Shown here: piece after piece, positions 59,069-64,000 of the stretch
How the letters are laid out: every line of letters begins with the position of its first letter
How positions within the stretch are numbered: the first letter of the stretch is position 1
From: an uncultured bacterium
Lineage (GTDB): Bacteria > Verrucomicrobiota > Verrucomicrobiia > Verrucomicrobiales > DEV007
Assembly: GCA_963977015.1 (NCBI GenBank)
Contig: CAXBMO010000003.1
Coordinates: 320,001 to 384,000, forward strand
Direction of reading: 5' to 3'
DNA length: 64,000 nt
The notes under the pieces: generated by a model
What the model saw: the letters and a program-made list of their open reading frames with translations, nothing else
What the model was told of the DNA's origin: nothing
Database searches by the model: none
Made by a program: the position numbers and the translations under genes

Positions 59069-60178
59069 ATGTCAGAACCAACATCCAGCGGAGCCGTTTT
59101 GATCGCGTGTGGTGGAACCGGAGGCCATTTGTTCCCCGGAATCGCCATCGCGGAAAAACTCAAGGCGCGAGGAATCGACGTCATTCTCCTGATTTCCGAG
59201 AAGCAGATCGACACCGTTGCCAGCAAGGGCTACGCCGACCGGTTCCGATTTGAGCGGATTCCAAGTGTGGCCATGCCCAAACCATGGTCGCCGAAGATGA
59301 TCCCGTTCCTGTTGAATTTGAGGGCGGCGATCTCCAAATCGCGAAAGCTGATCCGCGAAATCGGCGCAACTCATGTGATTGGAATGGGAGGCTTTACCTC
59401 GACGGCTCCCTTGATTGCCGCGAAAAAGGAAGGTTGCGTGGGATTGATCCACGAATCAAACGCGATCCCCGGACGCGCGAATCGTTTGAACGCAAAGATC
59501 GCAACCTGGGCGTTGGTTGGATGGGACGCCTGCGCCAAGCATTTTCCGGAAGGCAAGGCCAAGGTGGTCGGCACCCCGGTGCGTTCATCCCTCTATGACT
59601 TGCCGGACAAAGCCATCGCGCGCCAGCATTTCGGGCTCAACTCCGGCCGCTTCACGCTCTTCGTAATGGGCGGCAGCCAGGGAGCTCGCGGAATCAATGA
59701 AGCGGTAACCGGCATGCTCGAATACTTTGATCCAGAGCTTTGCCAGTTTCTCCACATTGCGGGAGCAACGGACATTGAGGTGGTCCAGGAAGCCTACAAG
59801 AGCGCCAACGTGACGGCGCATGTGATCCCGTTTCTGAGTGAAATGGAGTGGGCCTATGCCGCCTCCGACCTGATTGTCTGCCGCTCCGGAGCGTCCAGTT
59901 TGACCGAAATGTCAGTGGTGGGACTCCCCGGCATTCTGGTTCCCTATCCTCACGCCGCCGACGATCACCAAAACCGGAATGCCGATATTTTCGAAGAAGA
60001 AGGGGCCTGCATGGTGATCCAACAAGCAGACTTGAAGCCATTGGAACTGGCGGAGATTGTGGCAAGTTTAGGGAATGATCCGAATCGCCTCCAACAGATG
60101 TCCGAGAAGATTCGAAGCTTAGCCCCACAGAACCCTGCAGACGCAATTTGCGATTTGATTGAAAACCAGACGCCTTGA
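59069..60178 (+). CDS. murG: Lipid II GlcNAc transferase MurG
   Basis: GGTGGHLFP, GGF.S, HESN..PG.AN, G.PVR, GGSQGA, CRSGAS, PYP.AADDHQ..NA. Confidence 0.96.
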   Translation: MSEPTSSGAVLIACGGTGGHLFPGIAIAEKLKARGIDVILLISEKQIDTVASKGYADRFRFERIPSVAMPKPWSPKMIPFLLNLRAAISKSRKLIREIGATHVIGMGGFTSTAPLIAAKKEGCVGLIHESNAIPGRANRLNAKIATWALVGWDACAKHFPEGKAKVVGTPVRSSLYDLPDKAIARQHFGLNSGRFTLFVMGGSQGARGINEAVTGMLEYFDPELCQFLHIAGATDIEVVQEAYKSANVTAHVIPFLSEMEWAYAASDLIVCRSGASSLTEMSVVGLPGILVPYPHAADDHQNRNADIFEEEGACMVIQQADLKPLELAEIVASLGNDPNRLQQMSEKIRSLAPQNPADAICDLIENQTP

Positions 60179-62475
60179 GCACAGAAACAACTCTCCAAAA
60201 CCTTCGCGAACCGAGCGACCCGATCCGCATTCACCTCATCGGGGTGGCCGGCTCAGGAATGAGCGGGTTGGCGTCATTACTGATGGGAATGGGCCACCAG
60301 GTCAGCGGCTCCGATCGCGTCTCGACCCTCGAAACCGAGCGATTGACCTCCGTCGGCCTGAAATTTCACTCTCCACAATCCGCCGAGGAAGTTGAGGGGG
60401 CGCAAATGGTGATCTATTCATCGGCGATCAAGCCCGGAAACCCGGCTTTTGATGCGGCAACCGAAAAGGGGTTACCACTCGTGAAGCGAGCGGAAGCCCT
60501 CGCCGCAATCATGGATCAGCGGAAAGGGATCGTGGTCGCAGGAACTCACGGAAAGACCACCACCTCCGCCATGGCGGCGCACGTCTTGCGAAGTGGCGGG
60601 CTTAAGCCCTCCCACTACGTCGGGGCCGAAATCCCGTTGCTGGGCACCAATGCGCATTGGGAGCCGGAAACCGAGTATCTGATTGCCGAGGGCGACGAAA
60701 GCGATGGGACCCTGGCGCTGTTTCGCCCGGAGCACGCCATCATCCTCAACATTGAAGAGGAGCACCTCGATTTCTACGACGGCATCGATCAGATCAACGC
60801 GGTCTTCAAGAAGCTCCTCAGCCAAACGCGCGACTTTTTCATTTACTGCGGAAGTGACGCCGGCGCGAAGGCGGTCTGCAGTGGTTTGGAAGGCGGGATT
60901 TCCTATGGATGGGAAGATTGCGATTATACCGTCGCCAACATTCAGGAAAAGCGCGGCAGCAGTTCCTTTCACGTGCTGAAGAACGGCACGGACCTGGGAG
61001 AGATTGAGTTGAGCATCCCCGGATTGCACAATGTCCTCAATGCCATGAGCGTCATTGCCTTGGCCAGCGAACTCGGAGTTACATTTGGAGTGATCAAAGC
61101 AGCTCTGGGGACCTTTCGCGGGGCAAAACGCCGTTTCGAACGCAAGTTTCAATCTGAACACTATCGGCTATTCGACGATTACGGTCATCACCCCTCGGAG
61201 ATTTCCGCGACGCTCCAAACCGCTCGTTCCTTGCAACCCAAGCGCCTTCTCTGCGCGTTCCAACCGCATCGCTACTCCCGAACCCAACTGCTCCGCGATG
61301 ACTTTGGCCGGGCCTTCGATCAAGTCGATGAACTCGTCGTCACCGATATCTATCCAGCGAGCGAGAAACCCATTCCCGGCATCACCGGGAACACCATTTG
61401 CGAAGCCGTTCAGGAGTTTGGGAGCTCAACGGTCCGGTCCATTCCCAGCAAGACCGAAGCGCGGCTCGCTCTCGGAAACCAGCTTCGTCCCGGTGATCTC
61501 CTGATGAGTCTCGGCGCTGGTGATATCCACGAAATCACCACCAAATTGGCCAAGGACCTGGAAACCCTTTCCAAGCTTGAATCCGCCCTCGACGAACCCG
61601 ATTCCACCTTGCGGCTCTATGAGCCGATGAACCGCCACACCACCATTCGGATCGGCGGTCCGGCTCAATTTTGGATTGAGCCCATGACGGTTGCGGGATT
61701 CGCCCGATTAACCAAATACTGCCGCGAAAACGAGCTTCCGATGCGCGTGGTGGGCCGCGGCTCCAATCTGCTCGTTCGCGATGGCGGTATCCCCGGTGTC
61801 GTCGTTCATCCGTTGAAAGGCGATTTTGCCCGGGTCGAAGTCGAAGGCGAAATGATCGAGGCGGGCGTCGGTGCAAGGTTGAAGCGGATTGCTTCTGCGG
61901 CCCTGACCGCCGAGTTGACCGGATTCGAATGGATGGAAGGCATTCCGGGAAATGTGGGAGGCAGTATTCGGATGAATGCCGGCGCGATGGGAACAGAAAC
62001 GTTCGACCAGGTTGTGAGTGTGACGTTCATCGACTCGGAAGGCGAGATTCGAACCAAAATGGCCGACGATATCGATTTTCACTATCGCAGCGTGCCCGAA
62101 TTCACGGACAATTTCATCGTTTCCGCCGTCTTTCGAGGCACGAAGGGAAACCGGTCGGAGATTGACGAAAAGCTGGCGGAATCCAAACACCACCGGAAGA
62201 GTTCCCAACCCATCGCCGCGAGCGCCGGATGCATCTTTAAGAACCCGGAAGTGTGCGGAGCGGGCAAACTGGTCGATGATTTGGGACTGAAAGACACGAG
62301 TGTCGGGAAGGCCCGGGTGTCCGATGTTCACGGAAATTTCATCGTCAATGACGGCGGAGCGACTGCCGCGGAAGTTCTGGAGTTGATTGGAAAGATCCAG
62401 AAGAAAGCCAAGGATGAACGCGGCGTAACCCTAGAAACAGAAGTTCAAATCCTCGGTACTGACGAAACATTTTAG
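60175..62475 (+). CDS. murC: Bifunctional MurC-MurB fusion (UDP-MurNAc-L-Ala ligase + UDP-N-acetylenolpyruvoylglucosamine reductase)
   Basis: MurC: HLIGVAGSGMSG, GTHGKTTT, EGDESD, DDYGHHP.E, FQPHRYSRT, GAGDI. MurB: HTTIRIGGPA, G.GSNLL, GIPG.VGG..MNAGA, YR.., SAGCIFKNP, H.NFIVN, LETEV. Confidence 0.96.
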   Translation: MSTETTLQNLREPSDPIRIHLIGVAGSGMSGLASLLMGMGHQVSGSDRVSTLETERLTSVGLKFHSPQSAEEVEGAQMVIYSSAIKPGNPAFDAATEKGLPLVKRAEALAAIMDQRKGIVVAGTHGKTTTSAMAAHVLRSGGLKPSHYVGAEIPLLGTNAHWEPETEYLIAEGDESDGTLALFRPEHAIILNIEEEHLDFYDGIDQINAVFKKLLSQTRDFFIYCGSDAGAKAVCSGLEGGISYGWEDCDYTVANIQEKRGSSSFHVLKNGTDLGEIELSIPGLHNVLNAMSVIALASELGVTFGVIKAALGTFRGAKRRFERKFQSEHYRLFDDYGHHPSEISATLQTARSLQPKRLLCAFQPHRYSRTQLLRDDFGRAFDQVDELVVTDIYPASEKPIPGITGNTICEAVQEFGSSTVRSIPSKTEARLALGNQLRPGDLLMSLGAGDIHEITTKLAKDLETLSKLESALDEPDSTLRLYEPMNRHTTIRIGGPAQFWIEPMTVAGFARLTKYCRENELPMRVVGRGSNLLVRDGGIPGVVVHPLKGDFARVEVEGEMIEAGVGARLKRIASAALTAELTGFEWMEGIPGNVGGSIRMNAGAMGTETFDQVVSVTFIDSEGEIRTKMADDIDFHYRSVPEFTDNFIVSAVFRGTKGNRSEIDEKLAESKHHRKSSQPIAASAGCIFKNPEVCGAGKLVDDLGLKDTSVGKARVSDVHGNFIVNDGGATAAEVLELIGKIQKKAKDERGVTLETEVQILGTDETF

Positions 62476-62480
62476 CCACT

Positions 62481-63401
62481 ATGACTGAATTTCGAAAACT
62501 CAAGATCGCGGTACTTGCCGGCGGTCCAGGATCCGAACGAGAAGTGTCGTTAGCCTCCGGCAACGCAGTTCTCGAAGCCCTCAACACCCGGTGTGACGAT
62601 GTCTGCCTGGTGGATGTCACAACGCATTCGGTAGACCTTCCCGCCGGGACCGATCTCGCCTTTAACGTGATTCACGGCACCTTTGGGGAGGACGGTGAAC
62701 TCCAAAGTCAGCTGGATAAAGCCGGAGTTCCCTACACCGGCGCTGGAGCCGAAAGCAGTCGCCTCGCGTTCGACAAGATCAAGAGCAAGGATCGCTTCGT
62801 GGAGTGCGGCGTGGCCACTCCGACCCATCAACTTGTGGAAGTCGCCAAGGCAGACGAAGCGCAGGTCGATTTGCCCTGCGTCGTCAAGCCTCCTCGCGAG
62901 GGTTCGAGTGTTGGCGTTCACATCGTCGACTCGACCGAGAAATGGAAGGAGGCGGTTGCCGACGCCGGAAAGTATGGTGACACCCTGCTCGTTGAACAGT
63001 TTGTGAAGGGGAAAGAGTTGACGGTTGGGGTGCTGAAAGACCAACCGCTGCCCATCATTCATATCCAGCCGCGGTCCGGGTTTTATGATATGAGCAACAA
63101 ATATCCCTGGATGAACCAGGGAGGTGGAACCGATTATTTTTGTCCCGCCGATCTCAACCCCGAGATCACTCAGGCCGTTCAGGAGGAGGCCTTGAAGGCC
63201 CATCGGTCGTTGGAAATTGAGGTCTACTCCCGCGTCGATATTCTCCTCGACGAGGATGACCGGTTTTACGTGCTCGAAGTGAATACGATCCCGGGAATGA
63301 CCGCGAGCAGCCTTCTCCCAAAAGCAGCGAAAGCGGTGGGGATCTCGTTCGACGAACTCTGTGTCCAGATCGGCGAGGAGTCGCTGCGACTGCGTGGTTG
63401 A
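62481..63401 (+). CDS. ddl: D-alanine-D-alanine ligase
   Basis: GG.G.EREVS, HG..GEDG, KP..EGSS.G, FYD...KY, RVD, LEVNTIPGMT. Confidence 0.96.
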   Translation: MTEFRKLKIAVLAGGPGSEREVSLASGNAVLEALNTRCDDVCLVDVTTHSVDLPAGTDLAFNVIHGTFGEDGELQSQLDKAGVPYTGAGAESSRLAFDKIKSKDRFVECGVATPTHQLVEVAKADEAQVDLPCVVKPPREGSSVGVHIVDSTEKWKEAVADAGKYGDTLLVEQFVKGKELTVGVLKDQPLPIIHIQPRSGFYDMSNKYPWMNQGGGTDYFCPADLNPEITQAVQEEALKAHRSLEIEVYSRVDILLDEDDRFYVLEVNTIPGMTASSLLPKAAKAVGISFDELCVQIGEESLRLRG

Positions 63402-63402
63402 A

Positions 63403-63999
63403 TCAGACGAGATATCCCGCAATTTCGTCCGCCACCATCATTCCACTCAACGTCAGTCGAACACGCCCCTCGGCAACGACGATGAGATTTTCGTCGGAAA
63501 GATGCTTCAGAAATTCCCCGTCGAATTCCGGAACGGGAAGGCCAGTTTGAGTTCGCAATCCCAGCGCCACTCGCTCCAGACGTTGATCCTCCTCGCTCAG
63601 GATCTCCACTTCATCCAGCGCGTGCCCGACCTTGGCGACCATCTCAACATAGGTTTCGGTGTTCGCGACATTCTTCGATCGCTCGCCGCAAATGGTTGAA
63701 ACCGCGCTCGGACCGATCCCAAGATAGTCCGCGCCGCTCCAATAGGCCTGGTTGTGGAGGCTTCGACTGTCCGGTTTGGCATAATTGGAGACCTCATAGT
63801 GCTCAAAACCGGCTGATTCGAGGACTTCGTGCGCCAAGGCAAAATACTCGGCATCCCGGTCAGGATCCTGACTCCACTCCCCTTCCTCAAATCGGCTCAG
63901 GAACTCCGTGTCCTCCTCGTAGGTCAGGTTGTAGGTCGAAATGTGGTCCGGCTCCAAGGCGATGGCCTGCTCCAGAGAGGCCCGCCACGAATCCAGGCT
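63403..63999 (-). CDS. hemW: Radical SAM heme chaperone HemW (HemN-like), C-terminal part; 5' end lies beyond the window
   Basis: PDHISTYNLT.E..T, GFEHYEVSNYA, HN.AYW...YLGIGPSA, LGLR...G; frame open to the window end. Confidence 0.9.
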   Translation of the reverse strand, partial: SLDSWRASLEQAIALEPDHISTYNLTYEEDTEFLSRFEEGEWSQDPDRDAEYFALAHEVLESAGFEHYEVSNYAKPDSRSLHNQAYWSGADYLGIGPSAVSTICGERSKNVANTETYVEMVAKVGHALDEVEILSEEDQRLERVALGLRTQTGLPVPEFDGEFLKHLSDENLIVVAEGRVRLTLSGMMVADEIAGYLV

Positions 64000-64000
64000 T

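Noticed and set aside
1-64000. tRNA/rRNA genes, CRISPR arrays, IS elements, integrases, prophage
   Set aside because: None recognised by eye: intergenic gaps are short, with no repeat-spacer periodicity or transposase/integrase motifs. tRNAscan-SE, cmscan and CRISPR finders would be needed to exclude them formally.

Overview
This 64 kb window is mostly housekeeping chromosome from a bacterium of the PVC superphylum, most likely Verrucomicrobiota (Verrucomicrobiales-like). That assignment is inferred from a MurC-MurB fusion, a DUF1592/DUF1552 gene pair, sulfatases, a PQQ-type beta-propeller and tandem PilB/GspE ATPases. Recognisable blocks are HU, a detached nuoB-nuoC pair, ilvD, nusA-infB-rbfA-nrnA-truB-ubiE/menG, a pilB-pilB-pilC-pilin cluster next to rpoN, tadA, panD, purM-purF-purD, and a truncated dcw cluster (ftsW-murG-murC/B-ddl) facing hemW. 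I saw no tRNA, rRNA, CRISPR array, transposase, integrase or phage gene. The most unusual element is an intact ~1015-aa NRPS-shaped protein (half-C, A, T, TE) in which every catalytic or attachment residue is missing, i.e. a candidate NRPS-derived pseudoenzyme. Other leads are: a leader-peptide plus terminator attenuator in front of an MFS transporter; a bacterial protein with the motifs of archaeal CTP-dependent riboflavin kinase; a DUF547-DedA(VTT) fusion; a patatin + PaaK-like ligase + helical-protein operon; an unknown protein with a gapless internal duplication; a near-consensus sigma54 promoter; and a rimP-leader-type terminator in front of nusA with no rimP. All family calls come from motifs read by eye; no database search was run.
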